Shown: positions 1 through 12,516 of the stretch, in pieces
Position numbering within the stretch: the first letter of the stretch is position 1
Layout of the letters: each line of letters opens with the position of its first letter
Assembly (NCBI RefSeq): GCF_001194135.2
Contig: NC_068989.1
Location: 34,945,831-35,009,830 of the forward strand
Direction of reading: 5' to 3'
DNA: 64,000 nucleotides
Source of the DNA: Octopus bimaculoides
Lineage: Eukaryota
Made by a program: the position numbers and the translations under genes
The notes under the pieces: model-generated
The model's database searches: none
Told to the model about the DNA's origin: nothing
What the model saw: only the letters and a program-made list of their open reading frames with translations

Positions 1-13
1 ACTGAAGAATTAC

Positions 14-101
14 CTGCACAAAAGATCCCTGGAACACTGCTGCGAATGATTAATGTTCTGATAGACTTGTCAAATTTCACAGTTTCTATGGCAGTGGTTA
101 A
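14..101 (-). CDS. AUH: AUH exon 3 (gene continues beyond left edge)
   Basis: tttacag acceptor, gtaatt donor; 88 nt; [30 protein letters not shown] resembles human [33 protein letters not shown] (crotonase CAG motif). Confidence 0.93.
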
Positions 102-2129
102 CTGTAAAACAAATTGAAACTCCTTCCATAGATAACTTTGATTACACAATAAACAGTTTCTATTGACTTCTTACAATTTGTTGAGTAAGTTGACCATTTA
201 AGTCTTAGAACAAAAATGAAACGCTCATGCTCTTGATGTAGCAGGTTGTGTAAAAGAATACTGAATGTAATCACTTCTCAAATGCACAAACATTACAAAA
301 TGGCTGTGTGATCATAAGACGATGAACTACAGATCAAATGAATATTGAGTTCAAACCTTACTACAACCACCATCAAGTGATTTCTGAATGAGTTGTATTA
401 TTCTTCTTGTGACAGTTTTACTGGTTGATATTTTAGAAATTTTTCTCTACATTTGGCTAATTAGCAATGTAGTAGGAAACACCTAACTGTAAAGACAATT
501 GACCTAGCATATGCCCAAATTTGCAAAACTATTCCACTAGCATAGAAAATCTTTATATAATAATAATAATAGAGATAAAAGTTGGTTGTTTGATTTCTCC
601 AGTCATGCTTTACACTTTACACCATATAGAGGGATGGGAAGAAAGCGTAAAAGAGATACAAAAAGAGGTAACATAAGAGGTGCAAGATGAGAGCATATAC
701 TAGGCTTGAAGGCAAGCAATGAGTAAAGGAATGCTACACACATGGAGTAAAGGAAGAAACATAGAGATAGAGAAGGAGGAGAGGGAATGCCAAAGTACTT
801 ATGGGAAGAGTTAAACCTGAATTCATTTCAACATTCTGTATAAGCACCAAGAAATTTGATAAAAGTTAAATTATAATTATTATATTAATACCATATTTCC
901 TGATATTATCCATGGTGTCAAAAGCATACTTCTGAAGTTATCCATTATATGATGGGGATAGATTTAGATATATATAATATGTAAAAACTAACACTTCCTT
1001 TTTCTGAGCTGAGATTCGAAACCGAATCTAAGGATTCTCGCTTGTCTGATCCACCACTGGCCAAACAGGTGCGAAAGAAATTTCTTTGTCCTGTCAAAAA
1101 TTGATGGATGGGTTTCCCTTCGACCTGAGCTGTGTCATTTAAGGTTCAAGTGGACAGGAGGTGACTTACATAGGTAGAAATTACTCCTGTGGTATGTCTG
1201 TCCTTCTAGCTGTCATGACCATTATAAATACAGTCAGACACACAACAGATGGGGAGGTAGCCATCACCAGGCAAACGGTCAAGAGACAAGCAGACAGCTA
1301 ACAGTTAACTTGCGCCAGTCAAGCAGCCAACACAGAACCACATATTCTGCATGAACAATCCAACACAATTGCAGTCACAGAACATAAACAGACATGACCG
1401 AATGACCGACGCAAACACAGACACAAAACATGCCCAGTTCTATCTCATCAAATCGACGCAGTATTTCCTCTGTTTATTTTCTACTTCACCAACTCGAAGC
1501 AAGTTGGTAATGTCATGTAGCGGATTTTCTAGTGTATACAACACATAAATGCAAGTGTCGATTAAATAAATTATTTAACCCTTTAGCATTTAAACCGGCC
1601 ATATCCGGCCAAAAGTATTCTGCCTATTCTATGTTCAAACTGGCCAGATCTGGTCTCTCACACCAACCCTACAATATCGTTTTAAAAATTAACAGCTACT
1701 TCATCAAAATCTCATAGCTACGAGATAATGCATGATTAGTTCAAAACAATGTGGATAAAAAAGCATTAATTATGGCAGAATAATATGAACACTAAAGGGT
1801 TAAAGCACAATCCAATACTTTCCTATTGTTTTACTTTGATGTCATCCGCATGCGTATTTCATCTGCTACCTCAACAACAACTTTTGCTACATCACCCCAC
1901 TCCAAATATATAAAATATCCTTTTAGCAATCTCAATAGATTCTAATATGACTTTAAAGCTAAATGAATAAGTTAATAGCAGACTTATTGTGTTTAGGGAT
2001 ATTTGGGAGTACCTGGGGGATGGGGTCAAAGTTAATTTGGATCAAGGATAACTGTCAGGTAGGAAAAACAAGATATTTCCAAAAAGCAAAGCTATTTTAA
2101 TGGATCTGGATAACAGATGGAAAATTTAC

Positions 2130-2197
2130 CTCATTAATCATACTTTTACTGAAGGAATTTTTAGCTTTTGGTCGGTTCATTGAAAAAACAGCAATAC
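2130..2197 (-). CDS. AUH: AUH exon 2
   Basis: ttgttccag acceptor, gtaaat donor; 68 nt, phase 1 to 0; (G)IAVFSMNRPKAKNSFSKSMINE, typical crotonase NRP..KN motif; phases join exons 1 and 3. Confidence 0.92.
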
Positions 2198-3690
2198 CTG
2201 GAACAAAGAAATATGAAACAAAGAATTAACTGGAAAGTAATAGAGATATTTTCAATTGATTTAAAAACAGAAACTTTCTTAATTAGCTAAATTTAGAAAC
2301 CTCATCATTACCATGATCCATCTGAATCTTCAACAAAATGGCAGAGCTTTGTGGAAATTCTATCAGCTGGACTGTAGATAGAAGAGTTAAAGAAAAAAAA
2401 GAAAAAACAAAAGCATTGGTAGTCGGAACTTTGAGCTTGAACTGTATCAATGCTGATTTTGATTTTCTATAAAGTTTTTATCAACTTAAATTCTATTTAT
2501 TTCTTTTTCCATCATCCTTGTTTTAAATGTCCATTTTTCATGCTTGGAAGGATTGGATGGGATTTCTTGAGGTAGTTTTTCTATGGTTGAAAGCCCTTCC
2601 TGTCACCAACCCTCACCTGCTTCTAAATAAGGTAATATTTCCCATGACGAAACATGTTTTTCATAGAGGACTGGAAACAAACAACATCACTTGTATGAGA
2701 GTGATGCATCTTTGTGTCATGTAATGTTAAGAAGAGGGTGCACATTTACATGTACACCTACACACACGATAATGATAAGCTTTCTCCAATTTCAATCAAA
2801 CAAGTCCACTTACAAGTCTTTGGTTGGTCTGGGGTGCCCTGAGTTCCATGCAGTGGGATTGAATTAAAAATCATTTGGTTCTCAATCATACTGCAGCATT
2901 ATGCTTCAGAAATCTGTTAGGTAGATGACAATCCTAAAACTGTTGTTTTAAGTAGAATTGTGTTGAGGAAAGATTCCAACCACTCCCATGTGACTAAAAG
3001 TGGACTGACAGATTTCAATAAAATAAAGAACCACTGAGTTGACAGAAGCAATTGATCGTGAGCAGTTGGTAGAGTGTTGAGCCTTGTGTAAGAGTAATGG
3101 TTATTGTGTCGTATGAATATTTTCTTTCCCCCACCGCTTCGTTAAATTATGTGAGTGGGTGTTATCATTTTTTAGCAAAACGTGTGACAGTCAGTAATAT
3201 GATGCAGTACAGGAAGTTATTAAACACCTTGTAAATCAATATGCAAAGGTTGCTACAATATACATTCAAATAACCATGCTAAATTCAATTGGTACAAACA
3301 TTAGTTTCATTCAAGAATGTCATAATGAAGAAAGTCAACTGTGTGCAGAAAGAATCAGAAGGCAATAATTTCTTGTTATGTTCTAATAAAACAATTTATT
3401 TTACAGACTTTTAGAATGCTGGACAATTGTGTGCAACAAGGACTTTTACTGTATACAAACATTAAATTTTAGACCTCAGTCTGATGAGAATATAGTGGAA
3501 GATATGAATAGATTTGGTTTCACTTACTACATTTTTACATGAGCTCAACTGCCTTAAAGATGAAGCAGGATATAAATTCCATTGTACAGATGCTAGTACT
3601 GCTGAAGAGATCAAATGCCACAAGCCAGATAAATTGGTATAAATAAACTCATTGCAGCATAGAACTTGAATGTCAAGTGAAAAATTGGGT

Positions 3691-3809
3691 ACGATGAGTC
3701 AGAGTTGCTCAGGATAACTTATCAACCCAGTGAACATAATAACCAGGAAAGCGAACAGGTTACTTTCCATGTTCTGGATGAGGCTGATAGAATGAGAAGC
3801 TTCAAATGA
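3691..3809 (+). pseudogene. Possible decayed DEAD-box helicase fragment
   Basis: Frame reads ...EQVTFHVLDEADRM (3771-3794 = VLDEADRM), flanked by stops; other helicase motifs not clearly found. Confidence 0.3.
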
Positions 3810-4060
3810 CATGGTCGACTGTCCAACGTACTAGCAGCAACTGAATTAACATTCTGTTTGAAGGTGTGTTCTAGCCTAGGACAGAAGTTGTTGTCTGAAT
3901 CCATACAATGCCAACCCTGTCTGGTTAGCATCTATCCAAACAACTAACTCATGCTCCAGTAAAAAAAAAATAGTTTGATCATGTCATACTACTGTATGGA
4001 AGCGTATCGACACCCACATTGTATTTTCTAGTTTCTGAAATTAAAAAAAAATAAATAAAT

Positions 4061-4309
4061 GCGCCCTTTTAAAGCCTAGCCAGGCTCATGGGCCCGGTTT
4101 CTCGGTTTCAATGGCGTATGTGTTCCCCAGCTGGATGGGATGCCAGTCCATCACAGCGTTACTCATTATTTTTCCAGCTGAGTGAACTGGAGCAACATGA
4201 AATGAGGTGTTTTACTCAAGAACACAATGCGTCGCCCGGTCCACGAATCGAAACCACACTCTTACGATCATGGTGCTGACACCCTAACCACTAAGCCACG
4301 CGCCTCCAC
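4061..4309 (-). mobile_element. tRNA-derived SINE
   Basis: Head tggcttagtggttagggtgtc...ggtttcgattc (A/B boxes); body shared with copies at 62050-62212 and 63150-63385. Confidence 0.75.
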
Positions 4310-5795
4310 TTTCCAAATTTTTAAGTCAGTAATATTAAAGTTATCTCCCTTGCTTTTTTGGAAAAAAAATTTTAAACGTGGTTTTATCGGATTGGCAACT
4401 CTCACCCTCTCTTCAGTATCATGTCGCACCACTACAAGAAATGTGTTCTGTTCTGGTCCTTTCTGTCATACCTTAACCTCTCATCTCCTGGCATAAAGTT
4501 GTCTTCCTCTCTACCGTAGGCCTACTTAGTTAAAGAGAGGGGGTGTTGGTCTTGCAAGCTGTCCTCACAGTGTTTGGTATTAGGAAGGGCATGAAACCAT
4601 ACTGGAGCACAAAGATGTACTCAGACCCACTAAGTGCAGTCAAACATAGCTACTCACATTTTAGAAGAGAGGATGGAGTGGTATCGGGGTCAAGCATGGG
4701 AGAGATAATAATAAAGATTATGAGGTGTCTGTGTGGATCCTCAAGTTATGAGGCGAGTAAGTGAATGGGAGAAGAACTGGGAAAGTGGGTGGATAGCGAT
4801 TGCAAGTATGTATGGGAGAGTAAGAAATGGGTGAGAAGGTGAATACAGTGTTGAGTAGATAAGTAAGTGAGGTATTGAAGAGGTGACAACTGAACTGTAG
4901 AGATTGGACAGGGTTGAAGGGTGGATGGGGTAGAATGACCAATGATGCATGAGGGCGGATAGAAAGAATAGTTTCACTGTCTTCCCAAGACTGGAACTCC
5001 AATTACTTGAAGTTATCAAAAACACTTCTCAAATTTATAGACTACCATAAAGCAATATGGAGGCTGGTTTCACAACTCAGTTTTGGTTCCTATCTGTAAT
5101 TATTTGATATCCAAAGGGATATCATAGAGACACACTTTTTTTCTCATTCCCTGAAATTCTGTCTCCATAAACTTGTGTTTCAGCAACTCACAGATAATGC
5201 AAGTCGAAGAGCTGAGTGAGAGAGTGAGGAGTAAAACCCAGGTCCACCATACTCTGATGCAAAATCACTAATGTTGGAACCTTTACATGGTCCTTTGATC
5301 TGCAAGTAACAACAGGCAGATTACTCTCAAACCATATACTATCATCTTGAAGGTAGGTGTCATATAATTTAGATAATAGTTCTGATGTAGTGTCTGAAAA
5401 TAAGATGGGATGGTCATGGCTGGAATGTCTTTGATTATTGGTTTGCTCAATCAGAATAGAAAGAAACTGCTATAAAAAATAATCAATTTCCCTTAAATCA
5501 CACTCTAACATAGAACAATATAGTTACAGATTACAAAGGCAGGATGGCTACTGTTGGTATACCTTCGATCATAGGTATGATCAATGGGAACTAATCTAGG
5601 GTTAAACAGCAACAAATAATCAGATACGAACAAATGATTCTCTACGTTGTTTAGCCAACCACAAGTCAAAACTTGATCGAGCAGAGATATGATCAAAGAC
5701 GTTCCAACCATGATCATCATTGTCGGATGTGTACTTTTTTTTTTTAAAGAAAGATGGTCGGAAGTGATCTGAAGGACATTTTTGGTTGCAATACT

Positions 5796-5839
5796 GGATA
5801 AATTTTCAGATTAACACCCGCACGATTTTCACTAGGGTG

Positions 5840-5876
<37 letters not shown>

Positions 5877-5940
5877 AATTCCGTCCCTAACCCTAACATC
5901 CTAGTGAAAATCGTGCGGGTGCTAATCTGAAAATTTACCC
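5796..5940. mobile_element. 145-bp foldback MITE with internal TTAGGG repeats, 6-bp TSD AATACT
   Basis: About 56-bp arms with 3 mismatches; AATACT at 5790-5795 and 5941-5946; seven GGG tracts at 5835-5876. Confidence 0.85.
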
Positions 5941-6172
5941 AATACTGTGACAGGTGAAGAGAACATGTGGCGGTTGCCGACACCCATCTAAATAACAAGA
6001 GTCAAAAGGTCAGAGGAGAAACTGATGCTAATAATAATTATCAAACGAATTAACCAAAGACAAACATCCAGACTTAAATATTGAGTAAATCAATAAAAAC
6101 AACCCCAATCAAAACCTAAAACGACTTGCATAACTGATAAAACATCTGTAAATCGCCCTTGTATGTACAAAC

Positions 6173-6329
6173 CTTCATTGTCGTGGGTCAAATATTGTAG
6201 GTCTAGTACTTTGCTGGGTTCAACGGCAGTACTTAAGCATCTTAGTGTTGTACGTCTATCAAAGCATCTCTGGAGCCGAAATTGTCTATTTCGATATAAT
6301 ATCGAACATAACAGTCGACAGTTATTCAT
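6173..6329 (-). CDS. AUH: AUH exon 1 with mitochondrial presequence
   Basis: aaacATG at 6329, gtttgt donor, 157 nt phase 1; MNNCRLLCSILYRNRQFRLQRCFDRRTTLRCLSTAVEPSKVLDLQYLTHDNE(G): Arg-rich, acid-poor N-terminus, end resembles human LRVRHLEEENRG. Confidence 0.85.
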
Positions 6330-6656
6330 GTTTCTTTTATATTTTGTTTTGATCACAGGTTACAATTAGAGAACAAACACATACACATGTTCAACAAGAA
6401 TGAAAGAATCAAAGGTTATGGTTTGTAAGAAAAACCGGGCAGGATATCCGAGAAGCTATATGAGTGTAAATTAAATCGCTAATAACTTATTAATGTTCGA
6501 TATTAATATGAATAGCTCATAAATATATAACCTATATATATATGGACATTTTAGTTTTACAAATGAGAAAATTTTTATCTAAAATAAAAATATTTTATTA
6601 ATAAGCACGGGTTCTTTTCACTTTTGTAAATCCAATTTTCAACTATACTCGCTATA
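6330..6656. promoter_or_regulatory. Putative bidirectional promoter shared by AUH and PARL
   Basis: 327 bp between divergent start codons; must hold both 5' UTRs and core promoters unless upstream non-coding exons exist. Confidence 0.7.
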
Positions 6657-6691
6657 ATGGCAGCTTCCAGGTTGGGGAGTTTATGTTCGCT
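6657..6691 (+). CDS. PARL: PARL exon 1
   Basis: ataATGG start, MAASRLGSLCS(L), gtatgt donor in phase 2, which matches the phase-2 acceptor at 10661 and gives a continuous presequence-like N-terminus. Confidence 0.78.
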
Positions 6692-7559
6692 GTATGTATT
6701 TGCCACTTTCTTTATTATTTGGTTTTAGGTTTAATCATTTTCAACTTTGAATCAAATCGATTGTTAATTAGTTATAATAATACCAATTGATTTCAAGATG
6801 TCGAAATGTAGGACGAATTCTAGACATGTATGTACATGTCGTATCCTAAATATTTAAAGCACAACCCTTTTATTATTGTCTCGATTGCTTTATTGTTTAG
6901 TTTTATACCCTGTGTTTAAAATTAATTGTATTTAATAGCAGCGCCTTGATCCATTAGAAGTTTCAAGAATCTAAGGCTACAGTTCGGTCTGGTTTCCTTC
7001 TAAACCCGTTTTACTTAACCTAAGCGCCCTTGGGAAGGTATGAATGTCATCACCTCCCCTAATCCTGTTGAAATCTCAGTATACATATATACATATATAT
7101 GTATGTGAGTGTGTACACACACATTATTTTCTGATGTATGAAAATAATCTATAGCCACCATCCACTGTCAGTGATATCTGCAAATAGTTTTGTTTATGTA
7201 ATCAATGACATTTAACGTTTCATTTTGTTTATATTTGTCTTTTGTATTAGTGTTCCATAGTTTTACCTTATTCCCTTTTATTGCATACACTTTCAAATGT
7301 TGCACAGTTAATGTAAACAACTAAAAACATCCATAGTCACCAATATTCTTATCAGTTTTCATATAAATAAGCTAAACCGCTCCATCTTGACGGCTCTTCA
7401 GGTTATTTTTGAGGTCTGAAAACAAATAATCTATGTTTCTAAAGCCTACTTTCTTGAGTAATTTCATTTCAAGTCGATTTGCATGTCTCGCGGACACCTT
7501 GCTGCTCCTCTTTTCGTCGTGAAACCCAACGAAATACCTACAGATCAGCAGATAATGAA

Positions 7560-7670
7560 AGGCATACAGTTATGACACTGGTTCGATCTTTGTCAGATTC
7601 AGCAACTTGTGTTGCTTGGTGTGTACGCCGTGGATTGTTGAAGAATTTTCACAGATGTCCAGGGCGAAAC
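7560..7670 (+). mobile_element. Possible Merlin transposase N-terminal remnant
   Basis: SATCVAWCVRRGLLKNFHRCP resembles MLEWCARRRLIRNKFTC of the Merlin ORF at 41 kb. Confidence 0.35.
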
Positions 7671-8113
7671 TCCATTCAAAATAAATCTAACATTTCCTCA
7701 CTTTTTACTCGCTGATCGTAGTGTGTGTTTTATTGAAATGAATTGGACTGTCAAATTTTTTGCTGTTTGGACGAGAAGTTTGCTTCCCAACCCTATAGCT
7801 TTGAGTCTAGTTTCACTGTGTGATAACTTGGGCAAGTGTCTTTTACTATAGTCCTGGGCTGACCAAAGCCTTCATCATCACCATCATTTAGCATCTGTTT
7901 TCCATGCTGGCATGGGTTAGATGGTTTGACTGTAACTGGTAAGCCAGAGAGCTGCACAAGGCCCCAGTCTGATTTTGGCTTGGTTTCTACAGCTAGATGC
8001 CCTTCCTTAACGCCAACCATTCCAAGAGTGTAGTGGGTTCCTTTTACATGTCAGCCTTCCTTATAAGTGAATGTAGTAGATGGGAGCTGAAAGAAGTCTA
8101 ATGTATGTATGCA

Positions 8114-8196
<83 letters not shown>

Positions 8197-10660
8197 ATTT
8201 ATATATGCATGTTTGTGTCTCCTTGATTTCACATCATAACAACAGATGTAAAAAAAAAAGTACCATCATCATACAAATGGGGCTGTTTGTTTCCAATCTT
8301 TGAAAATATGTTTGGCCATATTATCTTGCTTGGAAAAAGATGAGGATTGGTGACAGGAAAGGCATCCAGCTGTTGAAAATATGCCTCAACAAATTTCATC
8401 CATGCAAGCATGGAAAAGTGGAAGTTAAAATGATAATAATGATGATGATGACAGTAAAGTCTGGCCTACTATCTTTAAGTTGATTTCAACTATTTCAAAA
8501 AAATCTTGTCCTCTTATCACATGAATTTCCTTTGAAAACATTACACACTTGTAGATAGATATACAATGGATTCATAATTAAGGATCAAAACCTCAGTCTT
8601 CATGTTTGTTTTCATTGTTCTCAGATTCTGCACTTAAAATCTGTTTAGCCTGCAAAATTCACCATCATCTTAGGCTGCAGAGAGGTGAATCTTGATAAAC
8701 TCATTCAATTCTAATTTTAGTGACCTAGTTTGGCTTTAATACAGGTATATGGTTTCAACTTTTGGCCCAAGGCCAGCAATTTTAGGGGAAGAGTAAGCCA
8801 ATTATATTGAACCCTGTGTTTTAATGACCCTGAAAGGATGAAAAAAGCTAAAGTCGACCCTGGTGGTATTTGAACTCAGAACATAAAACCAGAAGAATGT
8901 CTGGTTCTGTAAAACAACAACTAGTTTTTTCTGTGTCTATTAGACAATTCCTTCAGCGACTTTTACTTTATTCTGAACTGAACAAGAGATTTCTGTACAA
9001 ACTGTCATCCACAATACAAACTTTAATGGGCTTTTCCACTACGATTGAATAAAATCTGTATTAATTATAGACTATCTTTTGTTGATTCTTTTCAGTATAT
9101 CCAGAAATTATTAACTTGTTAGGAAAAAAATTGGTGTTAGGAAGGGCATCCAGTGTAGAAACCATGTCAAAGCTGACACTAGAACTCAGTACAGCCCTGT
9201 GGCTTGCTGGATCCTGTCTAACCCATGCCAGCATGGAAAATTGACATTAAATGATGATAATGATGATGATCTCCATGTGTTACATCTTACATGTATCTCT
9301 ATTGGGTTTTGAAACCTGTTTCTACTAGGTTAGAATCACAATGTCATGAATACATAAGCATACTAAAAATGATACTCTTATTGTATCTACTTAATTTATT
9401 ACGAAAACTAGTTTCATGCATTAATTCAATTAATCAATTTTTTTAAAGGCTTAATTAGAGGATGATGAACAGTATCCACAATCTTTTTCAAGCTCCTGAA
9501 ACTGATGGGAAGGAGTAGTAAAGTTATCTTCAGACCAAAGATTGGCCTAGATGTTTGCAAAACAGTGAACTCTGCTATAGGCTCCCAAGGGCTAGGTGAT
9601 GGATTAAATTTAACTATTCAAGAAGAGGAACAATCTCTTTGTAAATTTATAATTTTAACCTACCACATTAGCATCATACATGAAAATAAACTTTTTGACC
9701 AAACAACCAGGCCTGCTGCAACTAAAGCTTTCTGGATGAAAGCCTTCACAAAAGTTTGAAATAAAATAACATTCTATTCTATTAAAGTGCTAATGACAGA
9801 TTTTTGTGGTGTAAAATATGTTGTGCTGTGGAAAGGGGATGGTAAGAGAGAGAGAGAGAGATTCAAATGAATGCTATTTGCAAGTACACACACACATTAG
9901 CTGTTTGTGTGTGTGAGAGTGGTGAGTATGTGCACATGTCATTAGTGATCATGTGGGTGAGTGTATGTATTTTTCCAGCTATCTATTATATTAATAACTG
10001 TTCCTAACTTTCTTCATAAAATCTGTGTAATGCTAAATCCTGGATAAGGGTGCTACCAACTATACAGTGTCAAATGCTTCTTTATTGAAATGGAGTTTGG
10101 TGTGTTACAGTGGACAATGATCATAGAGGATGACAGCAAGAATTGAACCAAGAAAAACAGATTAGATACGGGGAAGAGGGGGAAAGGTAAAGAGAAAAAA
10201 ATAAGAATTAGGAATAAAGAGAGGAAAATCAGGGATGATGAAAAACTTTAACTCAGGATGCAAGAAATCGAGCTAAAAAATGTTGTATAATGAATGACAA
10301 AGTTAAAACTAAAAGCAAAGAATGAAAACTGTTAACCAAGAAAGAAAGTAGAATATGAATAATGATGATAAGTAAGATTATTTTGCACAAGTCACAATGA
10401 GAAAACAGACTACAAAAGAAAATATGATTGAAAATAATGAATAAAATTTCTCAGAAATTAATCAAAAGTTTATGAAGGAAATGATAGGATATTATTACTG
10501 AAGGGGAGATGTTGATGGCTGACACTGCACCACAAAATGGACTATGGAATTTCCACGTATACTGCTAGTATGAAATTATTCTTAATTTATCTTTATTTTC
10601 AGCTTTTCCTCTGTTCTGATTCTTTGTCTTTGTTGTAAAAATTTTAACTTCTTTTTCTAG

Positions 10661-10871
10661 CAATCTGTTGAGAGTAAGTTGCTTTCAACAAGTTTGGCAC
10701 AGTGCTCCTGTTTACAGAACTACGCTTACACATTTACCCAGAAAATCTCAATGGCGGACTCCTTTGCGAAAATTTCACCAAAGAAGCAGACGCCGAGATG
10801 ATTTAATTGAAATAAAAAATGGATATCCTACCTACCGAGACCTTTTAAAACCATTAGGTTTTACTATTATG
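10661..10871 (+). CDS. PARL: PARL exon 2
   Basis: tttttctag acceptor, gtgggt donor; NLLRVSCFQQ...YPTYRDLLKPLGFTIM resembles human YPIRSLIKPLFFTVG. Confidence 0.88.
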
Positions 10872-12375
10872 GTGGGTTATGAGCTTTATTTTTATTCATT
10901 TGTAATTAGTTCAACATTTTGTAAAACCACACATTAACACCAATAAATCTAACATTTGCATATATAGAGCAAATGTTAATAGTTTCTGAGTAATTTTTTT
11001 TAAAGAAAAGCGAGATAGTATAGCTATGTAGTATTAAATAGAACAACTATATAATACTACATAGCTATACTTTTTGTTCAACTGGCAACTTCGAAATGAA
11101 TTATGTTGGTCAGATTAACTTTCTCTTTTTCTGGCAGAAATCGAACTGATGAGTGAAGTGACAACTCAGCTGATAACTGGGATTGAATCTACTTCTCCTG
11201 CTTTGAAATCCAACATCTTGCCTAGTCCAGGTTGACACCCCTTAGCGAACAAACCAGGTCAGATTAGTGTTTTCTTTTCTATAGCAACTATTTACTTCCC
11301 TTGTCTTCAGAAGTTAAAATAATTATTTTGTCTTGGCTGCTTCTTCACCAATAACTCTCAACTATTTGTTTACCAAGAAGCATCAAATGCCTCAGCAATT
11401 TCTTCAGTTGGCATTTTACTCAACTTGAAATTTCTCATCCAAATTTTAGTTCTACTTTCAATGCCTCTTGATATAGTAGATAATTAGTTACTTGATGTAA
11501 CTTTATATTAGCTGTTTTTATAATTATCATTATAATAATAGGTATCTAGTTACTTTCCTCCTTTGGGATCATTTCTCCTCACATTAACCTTGATAACTAT
11601 ATTATGCAATAGGGTGTGTAAATCATTTGATTTATTACTAAGAAGGTCAGGCATATTAGATAATATAGTGTTAAATGGATGTCTTATTTAGAACACCTTT
11701 CATCATAGATTTATCTGCTCAATTAGAGCAATGACTAAGGAGATGATCTTGCTTGAGTTCTAGCATCAAAAGGTCCAAGCTTTAGAGTAAATTGTCTCTT
11801 TTATAACTGCATCAAATGAATCGTTAGCATTTCTGTTTATTGATTAGTTTAACACTTTTTTCCAATTCTTACAATACTGATTGCTGTAATATCTCTTTTT
11901 CTTAAATATGTACAACCTCTTATCTGTTCATTTAAACTTATTCTTACAAAGAGTTAGTTTTAATATTTTTCTCAGCTTTCAATAATCCACAAAATGAAAA
12001 AAATCCCTAGATTTATGTTGTGCATTATCTACCAGTTTAACAGTTTATGAACAATTCAGTATCTCTAGAAGAGTACAAGCTGCTTGTCTTTGATCAGAGG
12101 ATGAAGTTCTCCCACCCACCAGTCATGGAGCCATAGGTACTGTCTGCTTTCCTCTCACCAAATCACGTTGAAAACAACAACAAAAACAAATAAACTCATT
12201 CATTTTCATCTGAAATGTTAATTTCAGCCAGTTTTAATCATGTTATGATGTCCAGGGTAAAATCCATATAATAGTTATAACTGCTTCATAGATGTTTGCA
12301 ACCAAATTTAAACAGAAGTATTTTGATTTGTCATCATCATTATCATTATTATTTTCATTCTTTTTATTTTCTTAG

Positions 12376-12516
12376 TTCAGTGGAGCATGCTTTGCTGGCA
12401 GTATGGTATGGCAATATGAATTGACACGTTTGAAGGCAAAAAAAATCATTAGTAACTGGATTTCAAACGAAGGAAGAGATATATTCTACCCCAAATCCCA
12501 CAGCTTTCGTTCACAT
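12376..12516 (+). CDS. PARL: PARL exon 3
   Basis: ttcttag/gtaagt; 141 nt; FSGACFAGSMVWQYE... resembles human FTGCAFGSAAIWQYE. Confidence 0.93.

Noticed and set aside
995-1065. tRNA-like A/B boxes on the minus strand
   Set aside because: No cloverleaf could be built; more likely a SINE head.
6798-6827. Alternative PARL first exon (caagATG...MSKCRTNSRH|gtatgt)
   Set aside because: Phase 0 donor cannot join the phase-2 acceptor at 10661; the 6657-6691 exon fits.
11146-11185. CTGATGAG with a GAGT/ACTC stem, hammerhead-like
   Set aside because: No GAAA follows the stem and no stem I or III can be formed.
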